From the NCBI GenBank assembly GCA_002059205.1, contig MVCQ01000012.1, forward strand, positions 1-24,285: 24,285 bases of DNA, written 5' to 3'. The DNA comes from Candidatus Latescibacteria bacterium 4484_107 (lineage in GTDB: Bacteria; Latescibacterota; 4484-107). Every line of letters begins with the position of its first letter. Positions within the stretch are counted from its first letter, which is position 1. Shown here piece after piece: positions 16,731 through 24,285 of the stretch. The notes under the pieces are model-generated. The model searched no databases and was not told where the DNA came from. It was given only the letters and a program-made list of their open reading frames with translations. The position numbers and the translations under genes were made by a program.

Positions 16731-17789
16731 TCAAGCCTCGTACAACCAATCCATATCTACCACCGTAATCTGGAGGAGATTCAGTCCCCCGATCCGGGGA
16801 TTGCCGGCGCAGTAGCCCAACACCACGGCGTCATTTACAAAGGTGATGGCCGTGTAGCAGTACCATCCGTCGGGATCGTCTTCCAGCACTTTGACGTGTT
16901 TCCAGGTGCGGCCCTCGTCCTTTGAGATGGCGGTCGTCAGGGGCGTACGTTTCTCCCGAAATTCCGGGCCCACGTGCGTATGATCGTTCCATACGAGGAG
17001 CAGATCTCCGGTGGAAGGGATGCGCTTTACCGAGGCTGGAGACGTGGGCGAAAGAATATCCGTGGATTCCGCCGGACTCCATGTGTCGCCCCCGTCATGG
17101 GAGTACGAACGGAACTGACAGCCCATATCGGTCCGCATCAGCATCATCAGCGAACCGTCGTTCAGTTCCACCACGCCCGGCTCCTGAAGTCCCGACTTAC
17201 TTTCTTGAGGCGCCTCCAACCAGGTCCGGCTCATCCGCCACGTTTGTCCCTCGTCGTCGGAGAGGGCGCACGCGGAGATGCCCCGATGGCTCCACGATTC
17301 GCGCGTGCCGTCGGGACACGGGTGATAGGCGGCCGGCACCACCAATCGCCCGGAGGAAAGCTGCACCACCCGGTCGTTGTTGATCACGTGATAGCCCTCG
17401 TGGGGGATCGTGCACACCTTCTCGCTCCATGTCTGCGCTTCGTTGTCCGAAGTCCGCATATAGAGCTTGCAGTCGCCCCAAGAGTTTTTGATGGCGTAGA
17501 ACAGCGCAATCGGCCCGGAATGCAGACGCAAGAAACTTACGGACATAACGTTCTCGCTTCCCTCGTTGTCCACCACCAACACGTCGTTCTCCGTCCAGGT
17601 CCGCCCGCCGTCGTATGAGAAGCGGCCGGCGATCCGGGCCGTGGAATTGTCGTGCGCTCCCCCGTAGAAGTGGGAATACGCGAAAAACAGACTTCCGTCC
17701 CACAGTTGCACAAAAGAGCCTTCGGAGTTCCTCGGATTCTCCGACGAGGGAGGAAGCAGACGGAGCTTATACACGCGTGAGTGGTTCAT
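16731..17789 (-). CDS. Sialidase-like (GH33/BNR) beta-propeller protein
   Basis: Five Asp-boxes (SYDGGRTW, SDNEAQTW, SDDEGQTW, SHDGGDTW, SKDEGRTW), QEPGVVEL, MRT, RTPL and YCY. ATG 17789 with GGAGG RBS. No signal peptide. Confidence 0.85.
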   Translation of the reverse strand: MNHSRVYKLRLLPPSSENPRNSEGSFVQLWDGSLFFAYSHFYGGAHDNSTARIAGRFSYDGGRTWTENDVLVVDNEGSENVMSVSFLRLHSGPIALFYAIKNSWGDCKLYMRTSDNEAQTWSEKVCTIPHEGYHVINNDRVVQLSSGRLVVPAAYHPCPDGTRESWSHRGISACALSDDEGQTWRMSRTWLEAPQESKSGLQEPGVVELNDGSLMMLMRTDMGCQFRSYSHDGGDTWSPAESTDILSPTSPASVKRIPSTGDLLLVWNDHTHVGPEFREKRTPLTTAISKDEGRTWKHVKVLEDDPDGWYCYTAITFVNDAVVLGYCAGNPRIGGLNLLQITVVDMDWLYEA

Positions 17790-17820
17790 GGAATGATCCT
17801 CCATAAAATAATTGTGAAGC

Positions 17821-17876
17821 TGAGAAAGCGAGACGGTGGGACGCCTTTGCGTTCTCACTTTCTCACTTTCTCACTT
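17821..17876. repeat. Octamer (GAAAGTGA/TCACTTTC) inverted arrays overlapping the stop of the Cys-rich gene
   Basis: tgagaaagcgagacgg ... ttctcactttctcactttctcactt; same unit as 7733-7750 and 21993-22015. Confidence 0.75.
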
Positions 17877-18648
17877 ACACTTTCTTCTCCGGCCTTTCCT
17901 TCTTCTCCTCTAATTTTTCCATAGTAACCTCGTCTTCATACTTCTTCACGCACTCGTTGCACTCGGCGCAGGACCTTTCGTAGCAGTTCCGGTGAATGCG
18001 CATGGGGTACTGCTTTTCGAAGGATCGCTTGCATTTCTCCGAACAGAATTGATAGCGCACCTGATTGGTACCTATGGCCGCATAGATGACGGCCACGTAT
18101 TCGTCCCGATCCACCTCTTTCTGGCACCAGTCGCACACCACACGTTCCTCTCTTCGGCGCTGCTCCCTTCGTGCGGCGATTTCCTCGTCCGCCCAGACAT
18201 ACTCTATGTAGCTGATGTTTCCGGACGGGATGCGAATCCGGACCACATCGTCGGTGATGCCCAGAATGTCTCCTTGCACGATCTGGAACATGCTTTTGGA
18301 TTCGACGATGTTTCCGTCCTTCAGATGGATCAAAGCGTGTCCCTTCTCCGGGGTAATAAACGTGGACCAGCCGCAATACTCGCACACCGTAGTGAACAAG
18401 AACTGCTTGGTCTTCCGCCCGCAACTGGGACAACGCCCTTCCTCTAAGAGTTTCACATCCCGAATAGAGGCTTTGGTCGCTTCCTTGATCGTGCCCTCCA
18501 CCTCAGAGATCACCTTGCTGACCGATCCTTTGTCTCCCTTGGTCAGAAGGGAGATTTCCTTCTCCAGCTCATCGTCCTGATCCACGAGGGCGATCTGTTT
18601 TTCCTTCTTTTCTTCTTCCTTCTTGCCGAAGAACATTCTCTTGCTCAT
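17875..18648 (-). CDS. Hypothetical 257-aa protein with 12 Cys (zinc ribbon, TRASH-like motif, C-terminal Cys cluster)
   Basis: GGAGG RBS before ATG. CPSC/CEYC, CDWC/FCSEKC and CYERSCAECNEC motifs. Confidence 0.75.
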   Translation of the reverse strand: MSKRMFFGKKEEEKKEKQIALVDQDDELEKEISLLTKGDKGSVSKVISEVEGTIKEATKASIRDVKLLEEGRCPSCGRKTKQFLFTTVCEYCGWSTFITPEKGHALIHLKDGNIVESKSMFQIVQGDILGITDDVVRIRIPSGNISYIEYVWADEEIAARREQRRREERVVCDWCQKEVDRDEYVAVIYAAIGTNQVRYQFCSEKCKRSFEKQYPMRIHRNCYERSCAECNECVKKYEDEVTMEKLEEKKERPEKKV

Positions 18649-18757
18649 GGCAAATCACCTCCATAAAGGGTTCCTGGCGCTCGAATGATTTGAGTGTTTT
18701 CGGACGACTCCGACATCCCGGAGAGACGATAGACGTGCCCGGTATAACGCACGGGGA

Positions 18758-18785
18758 AATATAAGCATTCTATCTGAAATGGCAA
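18758..18785 (-). promoter_or_regulatory. Possible sigma70 promoter for the Cys-rich gene
   Basis: TTGCCA (18785-18780), 16-nt spacer, TATATT (18763-18758). Confidence 0.4.
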
Positions 18786-18815
18786 GGGAAAAGTGGATCG
18801 TGTCACTGATTTTTA

Positions 18816-18844
18816 TTGACAGAAGCACCGAATTGTGTTATTTT
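18816..18844 (+). promoter_or_regulatory. Sigma70-type promoter upstream of valS
   Basis: TTGACA (18816-18821), 17-nt spacer, TATTTT (18839-18844), with an extended -10 TG. Confidence 0.7.
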
Positions 18845-19195
18845 AGAAAAATGCACGAAATAACAGATTCATTCCATCTTCTTTTGAACGTCTTAGAATG
18901 CTTGAAGTTAAAGAATGGTTGCGTGGTGCACGACGGCGGATGATGGATGACGCATCCAACAATCGCTAAATCCAGGATTATTAACAAGTCTGTGATTTCG
19001 CGCCCGGCTTCGTGTTTTGCTCCGGTCTTCCCCGAACTGCAGAGGGGGAAAATGCTATCCCCTCTTGTTGAGACCGAATATCCAACATATATTGCCGCAT
19101 AAAAGTTAGCGAAAATCCGGAGGGGAAGAGATAATACTCTCTCCCTCCGAATTTATGAATAACCCAGGATGCACAGATGGGAAAGGAAGGGCCGG

Positions 19196-21877
19196 ATGTC
19201 TATGCAGACACTTGAAAAAAAATACGATCCGAAACTTGTGGAACAAAAATGGTATCGTTTTTGGGAGGAGCATGGATTTTTTCACGCCCAAATCGAGCCT
19301 GCCAAAAAATCCTATTGCATCACCATTCCGCCGCCCAATGTGACCGGGGAACTGCACATGGGGCACGCGCTCCAGCACACCATCCACGATGCGTTGATCC
19401 GATGGCGCAGAATGCAGGGCGATGAGACGCTTTGTCTGCCCGGTTCGGATCACGCGGGCATCCCCACCCAGATGAAGGTGGAACGCCTGCTCTTCGAGGA
19501 AGAGGGGAAAACGCGCTTCGACGTGGGACGCGAGGGCTTATTGGAGCGGGTCTGGGCGTGGCGCCGAAAATACGGAGACGCGATCTGGACCCAGTTCCGG
19601 ATGCTGGGATGCAGCTACGATTGGCGACGCGAGCGGTTCACCCTCGACGAGGGATACCAGCGGGCCGTTTCGGAGGCGTTCGTCCGGTTTTATGAGAAGG
19701 GGTGGATCTATCGGGGCAAGCGGATGGTGAATTGGTGCACTCATTGCGGCACGGTGATCTCGGATCTGGAGGTCGAGGAACGAGAATTGAGCGGGCACCT
19801 ATGGCACATTCGATACCCCGGCATCGCGGGCGGACCGGACGTGGTGGTGGCCACAACGCGGCCCGAAACCATGCTGGGCGATACCGGCGTAGCCGTGCAT
19901 CCCACGGATAAGCGTTGGCGGCATGCCGTGGGCAAACAGGTGATGCTTCCGTTGATGGAACGTCCGATCCCGATTGTCGCGGACGAATATGCGGACCCTC
20001 AGATGGGCAGCGGCGCCGTGAAGGTCACGCCCGCACACGATCCGAACGACTACGAAGTGGGACAACGGCACGATCTGCAGGAAATTCAGGTAATCGGCTT
20101 CGACGGAAAGATGACGAAAGCCGCGGGCGATTTCGCGGGTATGGACGCTTTGGCCTGCCGCAAAGCCGTGGTGGACGCGTTGAAAAAACTGGGCTTGTTG
20201 GAGCGGGTCGAGACCTATACGCACGCAGTGCCCCATCACGACAAATGCGGCACCTTGGTGGAGCCGCTTCCAATGGAGCAGTGGTTCGTTCGGATGGAGG
20301 AGTTGGCGGCTCGGGCATTGCCCGTGTTGGAGCGGGGAGAAATTACGTATATTCCGGATCGCTTCCGGCAATACTCCATCGAATGGCTTCATGGCATTCG
20401 GGATTGGTGCATCTCGCGGCAAATCTGGTGGGGACATCGGATCCCAGTTTGGACGTGCAAGGCATGCGGAGCACTCATCGTCCGGGTGGAGGCGCCGACG
20501 GAGTGCCCCAAATGCGGCGGGAAGGAGTTGGAACAGGACCCGGACGTGCTGGATACGTGGTTCAGTTCCGCGCTTTGGCCGTTTGCCGCCTTGGGCTGGC
20601 CGGAGAAGACGCCGGAATTGGAATACTTCTACCCCACGGATCTGATGATCACGGGCCGCGATATTCTCTACCTGTGGGTGATTCGGATGATTGTGACCAG
20701 CCTGGAGTTCGTCGGTAAGATACCTTTTCGGACGGTCCTCATCCATCCCACGATCCAGACCAAAGACGGCCAACGGATGAGCAAGACCCTTGGCACCGGC
20801 ATAGATCCCCTCGAACTGATCGAACGGTACGGTACGGATGCGACCCGGTACAGCCTGCTGATGCAATGCGGCAGCGCTCAGGACATCCGCTTCGACGCGG
20901 AGGTGGTGGACAATCGCGTTCAAAGTGCGCCGGCCGCGGAGACGTGCCGAAATTTCTGCAACAAGATCTGGAACGCCGCGCGCATGGTGATGATGTATGT
21001 GCCGGAGCAAGGGGAAAAATTTTCTCCCTCAGATGGGGGCCAGGCCACGGATCTGGTGGATCGCTGGATGTTAAGCCGCCTCAAGCGGATAATTTCCGCG
21101 GTAAACGAGGCGCTGGAAAGCGCTCGGTTCAGCGACGCGACAAAGGCGCTCTACGACTTTTTCTGGCACGATTATTGCGATTGGTATTTGGAGGCGGTCA
21201 AGCCGAGGCTGTCCGGGGATGGAGAGGGAACAGGACGGGCGCGGCAAACGATGGAATGCGTGCTGGATCAGACGATGCGGCTCCTGCATCCCTTTATGCC
21301 GTTTATCACCGAAGAAGTGTGGCAGAAGCTTGGGGTGGATAAGGACGCGGAGAGTCTTATGATCGCCGCATGGCCCGAAGCAAAGGAACGGTGGATAGAT
21401 GAGGAGGCGGAGCGGGAGATGGCGGCGGTGCAGGGACTGGTCGGGGCGGTGCGGATTATCCGGTCAGAGATGCGAGTGCCGCCGGGGAAGCGCGTGCACA
21501 TCCTGATCCGTTGTGCGTCGGAGAAACTGTTGCGAATGATTGAAAAAAATCGGGATCACATCGTCCATCTATCCAAAGCGGAGAAACTGACCGTCGGAAA
21601 AGATCTGGAAAAACCGGACGCTTCCGCCAGCGCCGTAGTCGGGGAGGCGGAGATATTCGTTCCCCTGGAGGGAATCATTGACGTGGAAGTGGAACGGGCC
21701 CGTCTAAAAAAAGAAACGCTTCGGATTCGCAAGGCCCTGACGGGATTGGAGAAAAAGCTGGCCGACAGCCGTTTTCTGGACAATGCGCCGACGGAGGTGG
21801 TGAAGCGGGAGCGGGCTAAAAGAACGGACTATCTAACAAGCCTGGAAAAATTGGAACAGAGCATGGAGATGCTGTAG
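19196..21877 (+). CDS. valS: Valine--tRNA ligase
   Basis: PPPNVTGELHMGH (HIGH), DHAGIPTQ, VATTRPETMLGD, DWCISRQIWWGH, DTWFSSALWP, RMSKT (KMSKS equivalent) and a C-terminal coiled-coil arm. Start at ATG 19196 or 19202 after AGGAAGG. Confidence 0.97.
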   Translation: MSMQTLEKKYDPKLVEQKWYRFWEEHGFFHAQIEPAKKSYCITIPPPNVTGELHMGHALQHTIHDALIRWRRMQGDETLCLPGSDHAGIPTQMKVERLLFEEEGKTRFDVGREGLLERVWAWRRKYGDAIWTQFRMLGCSYDWRRERFTLDEGYQRAVSEAFVRFYEKGWIYRGKRMVNWCTHCGTVISDLEVEERELSGHLWHIRYPGIAGGPDVVVATTRPETMLGDTGVAVHPTDKRWRHAVGKQVMLPLMERPIPIVADEYADPQMGSGAVKVTPAHDPNDYEVGQRHDLQEIQVIGFDGKMTKAAGDFAGMDALACRKAVVDALKKLGLLERVETYTHAVPHHDKCGTLVEPLPMEQWFVRMEELAARALPVLERGEITYIPDRFRQYSIEWLHGIRDWCISRQIWWGHRIPVWTCKACGALIVRVEAPTECPKCGGKELEQDPDVLDTWFSSALWPFAALGWPEKTPELEYFYPTDLMITGRDILYLWVIRMIVTSLEFVGKIPFRTVLIHPTIQTKDGQRMSKTLGTGIDPLELIERYGTDATRYSLLMQCGSAQDIRFDAEVVDNRVQSAPAAETCRNFCNKIWNAARMVMMYVPEQGEKFSPSDGGQATDLVDRWMLSRLKRIISAVNEALESARFSDATKALYDFFWHDYCDWYLEAVKPRLSGDGEGTGRARQTMECVLDQTMRLLHPFMPFITEEVWQKLGVDKDAESLMIAAWPEAKERWIDEEAEREMAAVQGLVGAVRIIRSEMRVPPGKRVHILIRCASEKLLRMIEKNRDHIVHLSKAEKLTVGKDLEKPDASASAVVGEAEIFVPLEGIIDVEVERARLKKETLRIRKALTGLEKKLADSRFLDNAPTEVVKRERAKRTDYLTSLEKLEQSMEML

Positions 21878-21944
21878 GGTTTTTCCGGACGGGTTCGGAA
21901 GGAATCTATTGAGGAGCGTTTTGTTTTGCAAGGGACTCTGTAGA

Positions 21945-22047
21945 GCACGCAAAGAAACTCCCTATGAAAGAGGAAAAGTGGGAGGGGGTTCGCCGTCTCA
22001 TTTTCTCACTTTCTTCCCTCTGCGAACTCCGCGGACTCTGCGGTGAG
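21945..22047. repeat. Second (reverse-strand) copy of the composite element at 7698-7809
   Basis: The reverse complement of 21990-22046 matches 7700-7756 at 49/57 positions, and the cctcccacttt segment is also shared. Confidence 0.85.
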
Positions 22048-22143
22048 CATATGAAAATAATTTTGTCTGAGCACTTAAAAACCAAATGTTGCCCCAACGT
22101 TCAACCTGTTCCATGCGTCAGAGGGACAAAGGAGGCAAAAAAC

Positions 22144-22842
22144 ATGAAAGCCCAAAAGGTGATTTCCGTGGTGCTGCTGGTCTCCTTCCTGATAAATCTA
22201 TGCGGCGTCCCCCTCGTCCTGGGGAAAGAGAAAAAGGGACTGACCGTTGCCGTGGTGGACTTCGCCAACACAAAGAAGGACCCCGAACTGGACTATCTCG
22301 TCAAGGGAATTCCGGAGTCTCTCATCACGTATCTCGGGAAGCGGGGAGAGGTGCGCATCGTCGAGCGAAGTCGACTGGAGGCCGCACTCGAGGAGATGAA
22401 GCTCGGCATGAGCGGCATTGTGGACGAACAAACCGCCGTTGAAGTCGGAAAGGCAGTGGGCGCCACGGCCGTGATGGTGGGAAGTTTTCTTCAGATCGGG
22501 GATCGGATCCGAATCAATACCCGGCTGATCGACGTGGGCACGAGCAAGATCATGGCCGCGGAGCAGACCCTGGGCCGGGTGAATGAGATATTTGAGTTGA
22601 TGGATCAGACGGCGGAAGGGATGTGGGCGAAGCTCGTGGATCATCCGGTGGATATTCAGCCTGTCGCGATAGCAACAAAAAAACCACAAGTCAGAAAAAA
22701 GGCCGGCACCGCGCTCTATAAACGATGGTGGTTCTGGGGTATTTTGGCGGGCGCCGCCGGAGGAGCGGCCTATGTCGCTGCAAGCCAGGAAGACGAGGAG
22801 GAAACCAAAGGCACCTTGATGATCACTGTCCAGCTTCCTTAA
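22144..22842 (+). CDS. Secreted CsgG/FlgO/TolB-N-like domain protein with a C-terminal hydrophobic segment
   Basis: AGGAGG RBS and ATG 22144; the ORF-track extension is repeat-derived. Signal peptide; TVAVVDFAN, IVERSRLEAALEE, AVEVGKAVGA..VMVGS and RINTRLIDV motifs; YKRWWFWG-hydrophobic tail. Confidence 0.75.
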   Translation: MKAQKVISVVLLVSFLINLCGVPLVLGKEKKGLTVAVVDFANTKKDPELDYLVKGIPESLITYLGKRGEVRIVERSRLEAALEEMKLGMSGIVDEQTAVEVGKAVGATAVMVGSFLQIGDRIRINTRLIDVGTSKIMAAEQTLGRVNEIFELMDQTAEGMWAKLVDHPVDIQPVAIATKKPQVRKKAGTALYKRWWFWGILAGAAGGAAYVAASQEDEEETKGTLMITVQLP

Positions 22843-22940
22843 TATCCACACAGATAGCGCGGCTTCATTGAACCTTTTCTATGCAGCGATAGGTCTCTTT
22901 CGTGACGTTGTGGCAAGCCGTCAGCAAGGAGGTATTTCCC

Positions 22941-24285
22941 ATGATGACTCGTAGTGGTTTGTCTCTGTTTTTCGCCTTGACCGTAGCGGCTTTTGCGGCC
23001 TTTTCCTGCAGTGATCGAAGTCCTGTGTCCCCTGGGTCCATAGAGGAGAATGGACTTGTCAAGTTGGATCTTCGCCTGTCGAAGGTGTCGGAGCAGGCCA
23101 TTGACAAAGTCCTCGTTACCGCCGAGCATCCTTCGATGGAGCCGGTGAGCGGAGCACTCACGGTCACGGGAAAAACAGCGACCGGTTCTCTGAAGGTGCT
23201 TCCCGGGAAGTGGCGCGTTATCGTGGACGCTTTTTCCGGCAACACCCTCTGCTATCATGGCGAAGTCGGACCGGTGGACGTGGTCGCCGGAAAATCCACC
23301 GACATCCCATCCATGAAGCTTCATGCTACTAGAGACCTGGTGGCGGACAGGATATTCATCGCGGATACGGATTGGAATGAGTTGGATCGGGTGGAGGAAG
23401 GACAGGAAGTGCTCCTCGTGTTGGTCTATAAAAATACCGGATCGGCGGAAGCCGCCGGATGGCGGGAGGAGGCTTTTTTAGATGGGGCGGAGCGCGGTCA
23501 CACAAATGACATGGCTTTGGGTGCGGGAGAGACGAAGCGGATCGGACAAAAATGGACCGCCGTGGCGGGCACGCACACGGTAGAGTTTCGCTTGGACACG
23601 GAAAACGTCATCGGCGAAAGCGACGAGAGCAATAACACCATCAGTCTGACCTTCACCATACAACCCCCTGTTGACCTAATGGCGGAAAAGGTCTATATCA
23701 GGTGGTCCGAAACGAAAGACCGAGTGGATCCGAAGGACCTCGTTGCGGGGTGCGTGGTGGATCTGGTCCTCCGTTGCAGGAATGAAGGTTCGGCCGATGC
23801 CGTAGGATGGCGCTTCGAAGCCTATCTGGACGAAGTCCTGTTATGCTCCAAGGACGATGCTTCGATTCCCGCCGGAAAGGATTGGCTCCTCTGGTGTCCT
23901 GACTGGACCGCCACTGAGGGAACACATACAATTAAATTTAGGCTGGACACCGACGATGTGATCAAGGAAAAGGACGAGACCAACAACACCGCCAGCCTGA
24001 CCTTCACCGTGCGTCCCGCTATTTCCGCGGATATAGACCTCATAGCAGAAGAGGTCTTCATTACGCGGGCCGGAGAGAATGAACCTATAGATCCCAACAG
24101 CCTGACGGAAGGCGATGAGGTGGATCTGAACCTGAATTATAGGAACGCAGGTTCCGCAGATGCCACAGGATGGCGCTTCGAAGTTTACCTTGACGGCGCC
24201 CTGGTAGGCTATCTCGAAGACGTGTCGAGGCCGGCCAAGGAGACTGGAATCCTCTGGTATCAATGGACGGCTGAAGCCGGACCGC
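22941..24285 (+). CDS. CARDB-repeat lipoprotein, truncated by the window edge and absent from the ORF track
   Basis: AGGAGG RBS and ATG 22941. My translation stays open to the end of the window. Signal peptide ends AFAAFSC. Repeats carry N.GS..A.GW, DTENVIGESDESNN and DTDDVIKEKDETNN; the third repeat is partial. Confidence 0.85.
   Translation, partial: MMTRSGLSLFFALTVAAFAAFSCSDRSPVSPGSIEENGLVKLDLRLSKVSEQAIDKVLVTAEHPSMEPVSGALTVTGKTATGSLKVLPGKWRVIVDAFSGNTLCYHGEVGPVDVVAGKSTDIPSMKLHATRDLVADRIFIADTDWNELDRVEEGQEVLLVLVYKNTGSAEAAGWREEAFLDGAERGHTNDMALGAGETKRIGQKWTAVAGTHTVEFRLDTENVIGESDESNNTISLTFTIQPPVDLMAEKVYIRWSETKDRVDPKDLVAGCVVDLVLRCRNEGSADAVGWRFEAYLDEVLLCSKDDASIPAGKDWLLWCPDWTATEGTHTIKFRLDTDDVIKEKDETNNTASLTFTVRPAISADIDLIAEEVFITRAGENEPIDPNSLTEGDEVDLNLNYRNAGSADATGWRFEVYLDGALVGYLEDVSRPAKETGILWYQWTAEAGP

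Noticed and set aside
3309-17876. CRISPR array interpretation of the repeats
   Set aside because: Units are 7-10 nt with no 25-45-nt unique spacers, and no cas genes are present
18910-18940. T-box riboswitch upstream of valS (GCGTGGTGCACG)
   Set aside because: Does not match the GGTGGNACCGCG T-box consensus; no specifier stem or terminator with a U-tract
21964-22143. 60-aa N-terminal extension of the CsgG-like ORF, and similar extensions on hicB, uppS, the amidohydrolases, HEPN and the sialidase
   Set aside because: They read through repeats or intergenic DNA, and downstream starts have better RBSs and family-typical N-termini
182-24263. Numerous long antisense or alternate-frame ORFs in the track (for example 182-826, 914-1786, 2227-3267, 11019-11957, 12282-13079, 19799-21010, 22198-22851, 23841-24263)
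   Set aside because: They shadow well-supported genes in GC-rich DNA and show no motifs or RBS
1-24285. tRNA, rRNA, integrase, reverse transcriptase or DGR
   Set aside because: No cloverleaf, rRNA-like sequence, recombinase or RT motifs, or template/variable repeat pair were seen

Overview
A 24.3-kb, GC-rich bacterial chromosomal window. The gene content (DUF4296-like lipoprotein, URO-D-like, Gfo/Idh/MocA, BNR sialidase, CsgG-like and CARDB genes) suggests an FCB-type or candidate-phylum organism, but that is inference only. Left to right it holds: a URO-D-family gene and a lipoprotein (+); the uppS-cdsA-dxr-rseP cluster (-) with an orphan hicB wedged into it; a decayed AT-richer patch (5'-truncated PIN/DUF3368-like gene, IS1182-like transposase remnant); a minus-strand carbohydrate block (Gfo/Idh/MocA oxidoreductase, GH78 rhamnosidase, FAH-family hydrolase, two amidohydrolases, sialidase-like protein) interrupted by an MNT-HEPN pair and a doubly frameshifted GNAT gene; an unknown 12-Cys protein; valS; and a CsgG-like gene plus a CARDB-repeat lipoprotein that runs off the right edge and is missing from the ORF track. 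The most striking unexplained structure is non-coding. Most gene junctions carry short-period repeat arrays (7-mer, 8-mer and 8-10-nt-period arms, often as inverted pairs). One ~70-nt composite element occurs twice, several arrays supply the stop codons or C-termini of neighbouring genes, and one array lies in frame inside the GH78 gene. No rRNA, tRNA or CRISPR array was recognised. All family assignments come from motif recognition by eye; no database search was run.
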